Shown here: in pieces, positions 11,901-23,890 of the stretch | Numbering within the stretch: the stretch's first letter is position 1 | Layout of the letters: each line of letters begins with the position of its first letter | NCBI GenBank assembly: GCA_017499595.2 | Contig: CM039009.1 | Coordinates: forward strand, 434,001-498,000 | From: Psilocybe cubensis | Taxonomy: Eukaryota | DNA: 64,000 nucleotides | Direction: 5' to 3' | Program-made: the position numbers and the translations under genes | Notes under the pieces: model-generated | Seen by the model: the letters and a program-made list of their open reading frames with translations, nothing else | Told to the model about the DNA's origin: nothing | Database searches by the model: none

Positions 11901-14900
11901 GATTCCTTCCTATTTCCCGTTTCCTTCCTACTTCCTACTTCCTACTTCCTTTCCTTCCTTTTTCATTCCTTCCTACTTTCCTACTTCCCGATTCCTTCCT
12001 ACTTGCCATTTCCTTTTTCCTTTCCTAATTCATCATCCACAATAAAACTCACATAAAACTCACATAAAACTCACATAAAACTCACATAAAACTCACATAA
12101 AACTAACTAACCACAGGCAAACGGTACAAAACGAAAAAAGAACGACTGAGAATCGAACGTGAAGGACCGCCGGTGTTGCCGGATGGGAGTTTGGATTATA
12201 GTGAGAGTGAGTGGTTGTGTTTTTTTCTTTGTTTTTTCGTGCCTGTTTTTTTTTTTGGTGCGCGCGCGCATGTGTGTGGTTTGGGTTGTTTTTGGTTTAT
12301 GGTTTTTTTTGGTTCTGTGTGCTGATTGATTGTTTTTCTTTTTTCTTTGGAATTTATCTGTCAATGTTACGTTTCGACTTTTATTCGACTTTCGACTCGT
12401 ATTGAACTCGTATTGAACTCGTATTCGATTCGTATTCGACTCGTATTCGACTCGCACTGCACTTGGACAACTTTTATTCGACTCTTGTTCGACTCTTGTT
12501 CGACTTTGCACTCGCCTTGCACTCGCCTTGCAATCGCCTTACATTCGCCTTGCATTCGCCTGGCAATCGCCTTGCACTCGCCTTGCATTTGCTCTGAATT
12601 CGCCTTGCATTTGCTCTGAATTCGCCTTGCATTTGCTCTGAATTCGCCTTGCAATCGCATTGTAATCGCCTTGCACTCCACAACACCTCAAAACCACTTC
12701 AAAACCACCTCAAAAAAAAAAAAACCATGACATAACAAAACCCCCAATCACCTCCACAAAACCCACAAAACCCCCAATCGCCACAAAATTCATGACATAC
12801 CAAAAACAAAAACCCACAAAAAAACAAAACAGTGGAAGACCCATTCTCAGTCCTGTCCCATCTCGTCCCCGACCCGCCCCTGCCGGGAAGACCGGTTCTT
12901 GGGCCTGTTTATCCGCCTTTTTGGGGGTCTGGGTCTGGGTCTGGGGCGGGGGCGGGGTATCCGTCGGGGAATGGGGCGGGGGCGGGTGTTGGGAATGGGA
13001 ATGGGAATGGGGCGGGGGTGGGGGCGACGACGGCGAATGGGGCGGCTATGGGTGCTGTGAATGGTGCGACGACGACGACGACGACGCAAGGTGTAGGGGC
13101 GGGAACAGGCGCGGGTGTGACCTCGACGTCGGGGCTATCGACGTACCCTCCTCTACCGCTTCCTGTTCCTGTACCTGTACCTATACCACAGCAGGGGCAG
13201 GGGCAGGGTGTAGCCGGCCCTTCATCCTCTGTGTCTGTGTCTTCGCCGGCGGTTGGACAAGCAACTGCGTCAGGATCAGGATCAGGATTGGGATTGGGAT
13301 CGAGTTCGAGTTTGGCGCCGGCGCCGATTGCGGGCCCGATTAAAGTTGAAGCGTCAGCTTCGACGTCGACGTCGACGTCTTCTTCTGCTGCTGGTGGTGG
13401 TGGTCAACACGGACACGGACACGGAGCAGGAAAAGGAACGGGAACGGGGATGTATCTAGGCCCGACGAGCGTCGGACTCGAGCGGCGCGCGTTGGATTTG
13501 CGGTTTCTTGCTGGGCTCTCTGGTGTTGGTGTTGGTGGTCTCTCTGGTGGGGCGAAGACGAAGAGCGGTGGTACGGCTCGAGCTGTCAATGGGAGTGCGA
13601 ATGGGAATGGGAATGGGACGCAAACTCCAACTTCAACTCCAACTTTAACTTCAACGCAGACCCAGAAGTCTCAACCCCAACCCCAGCAACCTCAGCGCAG
13701 AAAACACTGGACAATCACGCGCGCTGGCACTAGCTCCGGTGGGGGGGGAAAGGGCAAAGAGAAGGAGAAGGAGAAGGAGGATGTGGTGGGCGGGGTTGAG
13801 TATTATCAGAATTTTTATTCTTCTTCTTCTTCTTATTCGACTGCGTATTCGACTTTGTATTCGACTTCGACGGCGTACCCTGCGCGGTATATGTATGGGC
13901 TGCATTCTCAGCACCTGCAGCAGGGGGTGCAGCAGGGGGTACACGCAGGCGCAGGAGGAGGAGGAGGAGGAGGGACGGAGAGCGGATCAGGTCCGGGGAC
14001 GGGGACGGGGGCGGAGCTCGGTATGGGATCTGGAACAGCATCAGGCGCGGGAACAGGCACTGGAACAGGACCTGGACCAGCAACACCGACAGCAACACCG
14101 ACACCATGGTACACGCCTAGAGAAGCGTGCGTGCTTGATTGGGGCGCGTATGGGGTGCTTGGGGCGGGGTTGTGGGAGGGTGCTGGGGTGCGGGGTGGTG
14201 TTGGGGGTGTTGGTGTTGGGGGTGGTGCTGGTGGTGGTAGAACCGGAGCAGGAGCGGGAGAAGAGAGGGATGTGGTGCTGGATATGGTCAGGGATAGTTT
14301 GGACGTGTTGAGTGAGGAGGCTGTTATGCGCGCTGAGCGCGCCAGCGCCAGTTCCAACGTTAACGTTAACGCAAGCGCCAGTACTAACGCCAACGCCAAC
14401 GCCAACGCCAACGCCAGCGCAAACCCGACCGCAAACTACTTCACACCCCAGCGCGCAGCACAAGCCGAGGCGTACCTCCGCGACACCGTCTACGGCGGTC
14501 TGGAAGGGTTCGCGTACGTGCGGAGTGTGGCGGAGTTTGTGGATGGGCGGGTGCGGGTGGATGCGGAGGATTATGCGGATGTTGAGCGGTATGCGCGGGC
14601 GGGGGTGGGGGTGGGTGGGGAGCGCGGGGTGGAGAGGGGGCGCGGGGAGGAGGAGGAGGAGAGACAGGAGGACAAGGAGAGGGAGGAGAAGGAGGAGCAG
14701 AAATACAACCCGCGTCTGCGGATGCCGCTTGCAAAGTGGGTAGAGCGCAACGTTGTCGATCCGCTCACGGGCGGCCGGCACGCGATTCTTCGCGAGGCTG
14801 CGCGCGAGATTGCGCGGCAGGCGCAGGCGCGGGCGTCGCGGGCCGGTGTGCCTTCGTCTGCACCTGCACCTGAACTCGACATCGACGTCGGTCTGACGCA

Positions 14901-16275
14901 TAACCCAGACCCACGCACAAACACAATCTCCTCGCAAGTAACTAAATCCCTGCACATCCACCCGCGCGCGCTCGGTGCGCTCGCGGAGCTTGCGAGAGTG
15001 AGAGGGGAGAAGATTGATATGGGCGCGTTGATTAGGAGGCCGGAGGAGCTGTTTGAGAGTGAGGAGGTTTGGGAGGGGAGGTGGGTGAGGGAGCGGAGGA
15101 GGGGTGGGGTGGGGGCGAGTGGGACGGGGGCAGGGGCAGTGGGTGGGACGGGGGTGGGGGCGGGTGCGGTGGGTGAAGGGACGGGTGGGACGGGTGGAGG
15201 GGTGAAAGAGGAAGATGTGAAAATGCGCGTTGTACAACCACAAGAAGAAGAAGAAGAGGAGGAGGAGGAGGAGGAGAGTGCGATGGGAGGCGCGGGGAAA
15301 ACGTGGGCTGGTGTCGATTCGACGATTAAGCAGGCTTTGGGTACTGCTGTCAGCGCGAATGCGAATGACGCTGCGAATGCACCACAATCACAACCATTAC
15401 AACCATCAGCGCCAACATCACAAACAGCAGCAGCACCAGCCACGGCGCCAACAACACAAGCACCTACGCCTACTCCAACAGCGGCACAAACACAAGCACC
15501 TACGCCTACGCCAGCTACAGCATCAACACAACTACCACCATCAGCACCAGCTACAGCGCCAACACAAACAGCTACAGCAACAGCAGCAGCAGCGGCATAC
15601 GAACAAGAAAGCCCAGAAGAGCTCAATGAAGTGCTCGATTATGTAGCGGGCGTGATTGCGCTTGTGGATCGGAGGGTGCGTGAGGGGTTAAGGGTGCGGG
15701 TGGGCGCTGCGTCTGGTTCGGGGTTGGATGCGCGTGGGTTGGATGAGGGGGGTAAAGCTGATGGGGAGAAGGAGGGGAATAAGGAGGGGAATAAGATGCA
15801 GGTTGATGGAGATGAGGATGAAAATGGAGATGTGGATGGTGGGGATGGAGATGTGGATGTGGATATGAAAGTTGAAGTTGAAGATGAAGTTGAAGATGAG
15901 GGTGCAGAGCCGCTGACGAATCTAACGCCTGCTTCGACAGGTGCAAGTGTAAGCGCGCTTGGAATTACCACCATCGCGTCCGCGTCCGCGTCCGCCTCTC
16001 CATTAGCCCCCACCCCTGCCCTTGCCCCTGCCCACCCCCAAACCCACAAAACCCACAAAACCCAAACCCAAACCCAAACCCAAACCGAACAACCTCAAAC
16101 CCTCCCCCAAGAACCCCAAAAAGAAGAAGAAGAAGAAGAAGAAGACAAAACCCTGCACACAATCCGGCTCAACCTCCTCGCTCTCTCCAAGCGCGCGCCG
16201 CTGGATACGATCGCGAGGTTGCAGGCTGAGCTGGTGCCGGAGTATATTAGGGGGGTTTTGAGGGGGTTTTATTAG
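8963..16275 (+). CDS. Bromodomain-containing protein (BRD7/BRD9-like) with massive low-complexity expansions, about 1750 aa
   Basis: Exons approx. 8963-9939, 10164-10309, 10438-11044, 12117-12206 and 12833-16275 join in frame. Bromodomain: KDDYAFFLHPVD..VPGYTDIVKRPMDLGTM..KV..GRYRSLEDFT|SDFRLVTTNAKIFNPPGTIY, with the acetyl-lysine-binding Tyr and Asn present. The subfamily call is an inference. Confidence 0.85.
11200..12103. repeat. Intronic minisatellites: degenerate (TTCCTGA/G/T)n 7-mer array followed by (CACATAAAACT)n 11-mer array
   Basis: Directly visible tandem units inside the 1072-nt intron 11045-12116; about five exact CACATAAAACT copies at ~12050-12103. Confidence 0.9.
12370..12680. 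repeat. Intronic 11-bp/22-bp minisatellite array
   Basis: Units TATTGAACTCG / TATTCGACTCG / TTGTTCGACTC / TTGCACTCGCC, then the 22-mer TTGCATTTGCTCTGAATTCGCC, all inside intron 12207-12832. Confidence 0.85.
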
Positions 16276-16689
16276 GGGGGTTTTGAGGGGGTTTTATTGA
16301 TATTGGGGTTTTTTGAGGGGGGTTGGGGAGGGGGGAGGGTTGGGGTATTATGTTAAGTTGGGAGGGGGGGGAGGGGGAGGGAAGGGGTGGGGTGTATGTT
16401 TTAGTAGGCGTTAATTTGATGATGGATGTGGGTGTGGTGTGGTGGGTGTGGTGTGGTGTGGTGTGGGTGTGGTGTGGGTGTGGGTGTGGTGTGGTGTGGT
16501 GTGGGAGGGGGTAGGGACGGGGGTAGGGACGGGGATGAGTTTCTTTTTTCTTTTTTTTTTCTTTGTCTTTTGTTTTTGTTTTTTGTTTTTTTTGTAGGTA
16601 GGGTAGGGATAGGGGTATTTTATTTCGTACGTTATTAGAGTAAGAATAATTATGAAGGAAGATAAATACGAAGAGTGACGATGAAGATT

Positions 16690-17450
16690 CTTTTTTTTTC
16701 TTTTTTTTTTTTTTTTTTTTTTTTGAGTTGCGTCGTGTTGAGTTGAGTTGTGTCGAGTTTAAGTTGTGTCGCGTTGAGTTGTGTCGCGTTGAGTTGAGTC
16801 GTGTCGAGTTTAAGTTGTGTCGCGTTGAGTTGAATGGAGTTGTGTCGAGTCGCGTCGCGTCGCATTGTGTCGCGTCGTGTTGTGTTGTGTCGTGTCGCGT
16901 CGAGTCGAGTTTGAGTGTGTCGAGTCGAGTTGTGTCGCGTTGCGTTGTGTCGCGTCGTGTTGTGTCGAGTTGTGTCGAGTTATGTCGCGTTGTGTTGTGT
17001 TATTTCGCGCCGAGTTTAAGTTGAGTTTAGTCGCGTCGCGTCGAGTCGCGTCTAAATTGCAGAGGTCGCGTCGCGTCGCGTGGAAGTGGAAGTGGAAGTG
17101 GAAAGTTTTAAGTTTTAAATTGCAGAGGTCGCGTTTTTTTTTGTTTTTCTTTGAGTCGCGTCGCGTCGCGTCGCGTCGCTTCTAGTTCGCATGTTGCAAG
17201 TTCTATAGTACTTTCGCATTTTCTCGAGTCGAGTCGCATCGCATCGCATCGCGTCCGGTAACGTTTTCTCCGCGTTTTCCGAGTCGTTCTTCGCGTTTTC
17301 CAAGTCGTCGACGCGTCGCGTCGCGTCATGTCGCGTCATATTACGTTTACAGGGACAGAGACTAGAGTCGCGTCTCCCAATTCCCCATTCCCCATTCCCC
17401 ATTCCCCATTCCCCATTCCCCATTCCCAATTCCCACTTCCCAATTCCCAA
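16690..17450. repeat. Poly-T tract, 5-bp-period satellite (GTCGC/GTTGA/GTTGT/GTCGA)n and (CCCCATT)n
   Basis: Directly visible tandem repeats downstream of the bromodomain gene. Confidence 0.9.
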
Positions 17451-18529
17451 GTTGTCCTTCGCGTTTTCCCGAGACGCGTCGTCGCGTGTTGTATTGCATT
17501 TTGTGTTGCGGTTTTGTGTTGCGGTTTTGCTTCTTGGAGTCTTTGCTTCTTGGAGTCTTTGCGTCTTTGCTTCTTGGTGTCTTTAACGTCTTTGCGTCCG
17601 ACCGTCGTGACCGTCACGGCTTGCAACGCGTCTGCAGTGCATCTTAAAACGCGTGTTTTTTTTTAGGAATTAGGAATTTGAATATACTTTGCGTCTTTAC
17701 TCCCGAGCCGCGGGTGCGTCGCGTCAAGGCTTTAGCTTTGTTCCCGAGTTGCGCCGATATTTTGGGGTTTCCAGTTTCGAGTTTCGAATTTCGAGTTGGG
17801 TTTGATGAGGAGAGTCAAGTCGCGTCGCGAGTTTTTTTTTTTTTTGGTATAGCGTTGTGTCGCGTTTGTGTCGCGTCTTTGCGTCTTCGCGTCTGATCGT
17901 AATCGTCTGTAACTTGAACGCGTCTCTGCATCCTAAAAACGCGTTTTTGTTTTTTTCTCATTTTCAAAGAGTCTTCGCGCCTTCTGAGGCGCGTTGCATT
18001 TTCAACGTGTTTTGGCTGTTTTCGCCTGTTTTCGCGTCTTCCTCCGCGTCTTCCTTCGTGTATTCTGTATTCCGAGTCGCTTCGCGTCTTCAGGTGTGCA
18101 GATGCGCCCTTGGATCGTCACTGCGTCTGGCTCGGACGATCCAATACAGGCTGTTTCTGTTGTTTATTTAATTATCTCTTTATCTCCGATGGTAGATACC
18201 CAATGCTCGATGCCTGATGCCCATTACCCAGCCCAGCCCAGCCCAGCTCAACGCCCGACGAGACGACGAGGCCCTGATGTTATTTTTGCTCGCAGCTGAT
18301 CGGTGAACACGGTGTCACGATCGAGTTCTGGGTTGTCAATTGGTCAGCGGAGGGGGGAGGGAGAGGGAGTTTAGATCTTTCAAGTTGACTGGTTTTACTC
18401 TTCTTTTATTTTTATTTTTTATGGGACTCGGAGTCTGACTCTGACTCGGACTTGGACTCGGACTTGGAGTAGGATTTTTTCGTCTAAGTAACGTTTTAGA
18501 TTGTTTTATTTGGGTTTTGGTGTTAATAT

Positions 18530-19446
18530 GTACATTGTAGTATGAACTTTGAATGTGAACATATTAATATATTAACTATGTTATATAAAGCTAGATTAAA
18601 AAATATTTTATACAATTGTGAGATGTAAAGTCTTGTCATGCCACGCTTTGCGTTGGCTATGACACGATTTTCCATTGAAAATGCGAACATTTAGAAGTAG
18701 CATCTTACTGACTAGATTCCGGCCTTTCCTTATACTGTAGTACTTACTTTTTGAAGGTGTGAACATCCAGGTACCTGGTATTTAGTTAAAATTAGCACAG
18801 ACCGTGGTAAATCTAAACCTGCGTCATGGTCGGGTTGTGGTCAAGTCGTGGTTTTCATCAAAACCAATGCCGTACATGTTAATATTGTTGTAGGGTGGTC
18901 CCTCTGGAAATGGCTTCTATAAAACAGCTATTTTAATAGACAATTAAGACTGTAATTACTCCAGATAATCTAATGTTTTTCTGAGTTTATATCGGGCTAT
19001 CCACGGCAAAGCATAATGCTGCAGGATATATCTTGTTGTGGCTGTTTCCGGCACAATTACATTGATTGATTGGAAGCCAAAGGTGCCGAGAGACTTTAGA
19101 AACGACGAACTCTGAAAAATAATGATCACAGTTGTCAGAGAGAGAATTGAATTTGGAATATGTCCATGTAAACCTTGTAGTACTGTGTTATTGATAAGAA
19201 AACCATTAGATACACAGGCATAGACCAAAGCCACACCACAACCACACCAAAGTATGCTGTTCATACTGGGGTGTACACACTAACAACTAAGTACCTATTA
19301 ACACTAACGTACATACTAAGGCTCTGGATTTGCCATTTTTGTACTGACCAAAAGCTGAAGACAGACACTTCGCATTTTCAACGGAAAATCGTGTCATAGT
19401 TGGCCCATTGCAACAAGTACATTGTAGTATGAACTTTGAATGTGAA
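18530..19446. repeat. Exact 30-bp direct repeat pair flanking an AT-rich insertion
   Basis: GTACATTGTAGTATGAACTTTGAATGTGAA at 18530-18559 and 19417-19446. Confidence 0.9.
18658..19398. mobile_element. Non-autonomous TIR DNA transposon (MITE-like), 741 bp
   Basis: Left TIR TATGACACGATTTTCCATTGAAAATGCGAA (18658-18687) and right TIR TTCGCATTTTCAACGGAAAATCGTGTCATA (19369-19398) match at 29 of 30 positions. GTTGGC lies directly outside both ends (18652-18657 and 19399-19404), consistent with a 6-bp TSD. No transposase ORF inside. Confidence 0.85.
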
Positions 19447-22412
19447 TTTTAGCTTTGAACATTAACTTTGAACTTTGAACTGTGAACTTGAACCGGAACC
19501 TCAAACTCTGAACTCTAAACACTGAACTCTGAACTCTGAACTTTGAATGCGAAGGGGGGTCTCGGAGGTCACTTTTATCACTTTATTAACTTACTTTGCT
19601 ACGTACTTATTCCTGTCATTCGAGTTCTATGCTATGCTATGTTATGCTATGTTATGTGATATTATGGTACGTATGCTATGACGACGAGACGACTTGGAGC
19701 CTTGGAGCCTTGAGGTGGACCGTGGCAGCCTGAGCCTGAGTCCTTCATAGAATTTAGAATCTTGAGTGGTCGTCGCTTTAGCGGGAGCGAGCGAGCGAAC
19801 GGGTCCGGCTGGGACACGGTTTAGACGTTTTTAGATGGTTATCAGCAACTACAACAACGACGACGACAAATGAAGACGACGGCAGATGGAGTATGCATTG
19901 TACCCTGTAGCTGATTGATGATAATGGCGATATAGACACGACAACGGAGACAACGACGACGACAACAAAAAAAGGGAGTAGGAGTGATGATAAGCGCCTA
20001 ACCCCTTACAATGTTACATACAACATCACATCACATCACATCACATATCGTTGCTTGGATATCAAGTAAGTTAAGTACGTGCGTTAATTAAATTCGCGTG
20101 CAGTGTATGTACCTACAGGACATTAGATAATGCAAAGTGCTATGACTCTGAGATGAGCAGGAGTCGAAAATCGTTTCCACGTCCACGTCCACGGCAACTT
20201 GAGGCGGTTGGCTACATATTTGGGATATACCAGTCGTTAAATTTGATATGTGGGATGTGGGATTTCACTCAAGTTGTGGGATGGCAGACTCGGATATAGC
20301 GCATGTGGATACTCCTAATATAATATGACTCCTACTAGGAACAGCACCGCGCGAGGCTCGCGTGGTTTAGCCGTGCCGTGGGGTCGATTGTCAGTAAGTC
20401 CGTTCGAGGGTGGGCTACTGCGCTCTGTACTGCGTGCTGGAGCCTGGTTGGGTGATGACGACCGCTGACGTTGACTTTGACGCTGACGTTGACGTTGACT
20501 TTGACGTTGACAGCCAACCCGACGACGACGACGACCGGGATGTTCACTTTACTTTATTCCCTCGTGTCGTGTCGCGGTGTCCAGGACTCTAGCTACAGTT
20601 TAATGCCATGTGCGATGTGCGTGGTACTGCTATTACGATCTTCTGACAATGACAGTGACATGGACAGGGACTAGGATAGCGGCAGTGAGTGTGAGTGTGA
20701 GTGGGAATGGGAATGGGAATTCATTTTATTATTGTTATTACCGTGTTTTGCGCTTGTTTCCCGGGAAGAATGTGGGTTGTGGGTATAGAGTCACGAGTGC
20801 GGTGTGTCTGCGTCGTCGTCGTCGTCGTCAGTGGTTGTCTTATGAGTCATAAGAGTAGATAATTTACTAGGACTCTTTCTTGTTGATCATGAGGTCAAAA
20901 ACATACCAGTTGAGCCTGAGCTTCAAATTAACTGAGTCTCCATCATGATTCATGACTCGGACTTCAAGTTGCTTTTGCTGACTCCTTTCCAAGGCAAACC
21001 AGTCAAAACATATCGTCTTACTGAAAGCAATTCCATCATAGAAGTGAGCGACACGAAGAGAAACGCAGGGAATTAATTCTGAAATCAGTCGCAACCCCCA
21101 AGGCCTGATTAGATTATCGGTCCTCAGTTAAAGTCACTGTGAGAGTAAACGTCCGAGCGATAATCGGTTTTTCCCTGCCCTGGTTGCCTTGCAAATCCAA
21201 AGTCGCATCAGTGTGGCGTGGGCACATGTGGGTGGGTACGGCGGCCGTCCTCGGCAAGATGACTATTTCCCTATATAGATTACATCATTTCTCACGTCCA
21301 TATGCCGAGGTGTTTGCCGAGCTGTGGATAAAAATAGCACTGAGCGTGTGACGCGGTGCGTGGGTCTAGGAGGTGGGCAGCGGGTTTTGTGCGTAATCTG
21401 CTGTTGCCTTTTGGCATAATCTTTTTGCTTGACCTTGACGACATACCTCCTGTTGCTGCTCAGCGCTCAGTGATTATCGACCTCGTTGACGACTTGTGCT
21501 ACCTATCGGACGTGTAGATATGGCACATCATCCCGTTTGGAGTCTCGGAGAACCTTTTCCGCCGCCCCCCAGTCAATAGAGTACTCGGGTTGTGCTTTTT
21601 GATAATGATGGTGTATCGATATTGATATCATTATCACCTCGCTGTCTTTTCTGTCAAAATCAGCTGGAGGTGCTACTACAAGTTGGACTATACTGGTGGG
21701 CTGCGGAGTCCCAGCCTGTTCCGTGTTTTACGTCGTCGGACGATGTACAACGTCGAAACTGGGCCATGAACATTTCTTGCGGCTATAGGTTTGGCGCTGT
21801 TATACCTGTGTGCGCGAGGATATGGATGTGCTCACAAGTTCCCGCCACAACCCCTAATTTCTCTGTGCGCTGGATTGGAAGTGGAGCCTGTCAATGCATG
21901 AGTTTCTCCTCGATGACGCACTGTAATACTAGGCTGTGGTCTAACCTGTATCACCTCGACTGGTGTCTCCTTTGCATGTGACAGTAATGGATCCACCAAA
22001 AGTCCGCAAAACAGAATCACGGGCGTTTACCGTCGTCTTAATACCTTTGCTCTGCAGTCCACTCGTGATTCTGTGTCTAGATGATTGGCCTTACACTTGG
22101 AAACCGTTGGTGTAGAATTCGACAAGGTTCAAAATGCTCCGTCCATTTAGGCTTGCAAAATTATATCATCAATCTTGAATGATGGCCAGGAGTGTTAAAT
22201 GATTAAAGGCACATATCATGCATCGCCGTACCGAATTATTATCATTTGCTTGGAAAAAAACGCCATACAAGTGTATACAGTCTGCAGCCCCTGGATTTGG
22301 ATTAAGATGCCCTTATCTTTGGTTAGCCCCGCGTGGACGAGGAGGGCTACTTAAACTTTGACGGAAAGAGGCAAATCCCCCTCTTTTCCGTTTTGCTCGA
22401 GGCGGTTTTGAG

Positions 22413-23890
22413 ATGGGTAACGAGTCCTTTCCCATTGACGCCGCGCAAGTGGTTGCGGTATTTATGGAGAGTGTTTTTTATGGGTGAGTGTTACCTTGCA
22501 TCTCGCATAGCTTGCGTCAATGCTCAAATAACGGTTGTGATCTGTAGTAAGTTTCCATATTGTGTTCTGTGGGTATGGCTTGATGTCTGGCGCTTAGGAA
22601 TCTACCTCGTCTCATTCTTTGCGTGTATCCGCGTGCTTCTCTGGATCGATGGATGGTTCAAGCCTTTGCATCTGATCAACAGGAAAATGCTCTTCGCGGC
22701 TCTTCTCATGTTCTTGTTTGCCTCGCTTGATGTCGCCTTTCACTTGCGTCACAATCTCGAGGCGTTCGTCTACTTTGACGCGCACCCGATTGAGACGTTT
22801 GAGCAGACGTCGAATTGGATTAATGTGATGAAGATGGTGTGTTATGTTGCTCAGACGTTTGTGGGGGATAGTATTCTGGTGAGCGCTTACGTTTTGTGGG
22901 GTCTTGTGTGTCTTTTTTGTATTGATCTGTGGGAATTGTTTTGTGATAGCTTTTCAGGTGTTGGGTTGTGTATAGCAGAAATTGGTTAATTGTGGTAGTT
23001 CCCATAATTCTCTGGCTGGGAACTACGGGTAAGCACGATTTCTATTTCTTGTATATCGCAAGAAAGTAATTCTCAATCCGATAGTATGCGGGATCATGAC
23101 TATCTACATTCAATCCACGATGGACACCACGGCAGGAAAACTGCTCAATGCGTCCAGCCTCGTTCCGTTCATCACGAGCATGCTATGCCTGACACTCGCG
23201 ACAAACCTGCTTACAACTTGTATGTACAATTTTTTTTTCCTATCCCCGTTCCGAACTTGTCTTGCCCTTATTTAAATATACCTGATTTGTTAAAATTAAC
23301 ATTAACCTTTTTGGCGGGCAGCACTGATCGTTTACCGGATTTGGAGGATACGTAAATCGCTCAAGCACAGGTCGAGTGCGGTGCAGAAATCGCCGTTGAC
23401 GAGTGTGCTGGTTGTGCTCATCGAGTCGGGGTTGATGTATACGATGTCAATTGTTATTTTGTTCGGGCTTTATATGGCGTCGAATAATGGACAGTATGGG
23501 GTATCGAATGCTGTATGTCCTGTTCCTGTCTTCTCGAGTCGTTATGGCTGATTATCTGAGGTGTTTAGGTCGTTCAAATCATTGTAAGGAGTCTTTGTTT
23601 ATTGGTGTTATCTTGTGCTCATTCTATGCAAGGGTATCACGTTCAACTTGATTATCACCAGCGTTGACCGGGGCGAAGCCATGCAACCGACATCTGGAGC
23701 AGGACGCATATCACACTTGACACCACAGGAATCGCAGGGCGGCGTGCCGCTTCACATGATCAATATCCAGACTACAGTCTCCCGCTTCCCCGACTCTGAT
23801 CTGGATGTCACGCCTACAAAGTCGAATGGCGAGATTGATGTCGAGAATGGGTCGAGCAAGCGGGGATGGTCGGCGGAGACACATGGCTGA
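22413..23890 (+). CDS. Basidiomycete-type multi-pass (about 7TM) membrane protein, GPCR-like family
   Basis: Spliced product: MGNESFPIDAAQVVAVFMESVFYG|IYLVSF...QTFVGDSIL|LFRCWVVY...LATNLLTT|LIVYRIW...VLIESGLMY...|VVQII|GITFNLII. The hydrophobic helices and the D..L..RC and IESG..Y motifs are typical of this expanded Agaricomycete family. 15-nt exon at 23569-23583. Confidence 0.75.

Noticed and set aside
11200-12680. CRISPR-like array or short repeat-protein ORFs
   Set aside because: Eukaryotic intronic tandem repeats with no unique spacers; the ORFs are by-products of the repeats.
14041-15626. Long antisense ORFs (448 and 351 aa) as overlapping genes
   Set aside because: Shadow ORFs of a GC-rich low-complexity exon with no recognisable domain.
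16030-16330. Telomeric repeat or chromosome end
   Set aside because: The CCCAAA and GGGGGTTTT units are irregular, are not TTAGGG arrays, and partly lie in coding sequence with genes continuing beyond.
18956-19264. Transposase ORF inside the TIR element
   Set aside because: 102 aa with no DDE or DNA-binding motif; treated as non-coding.
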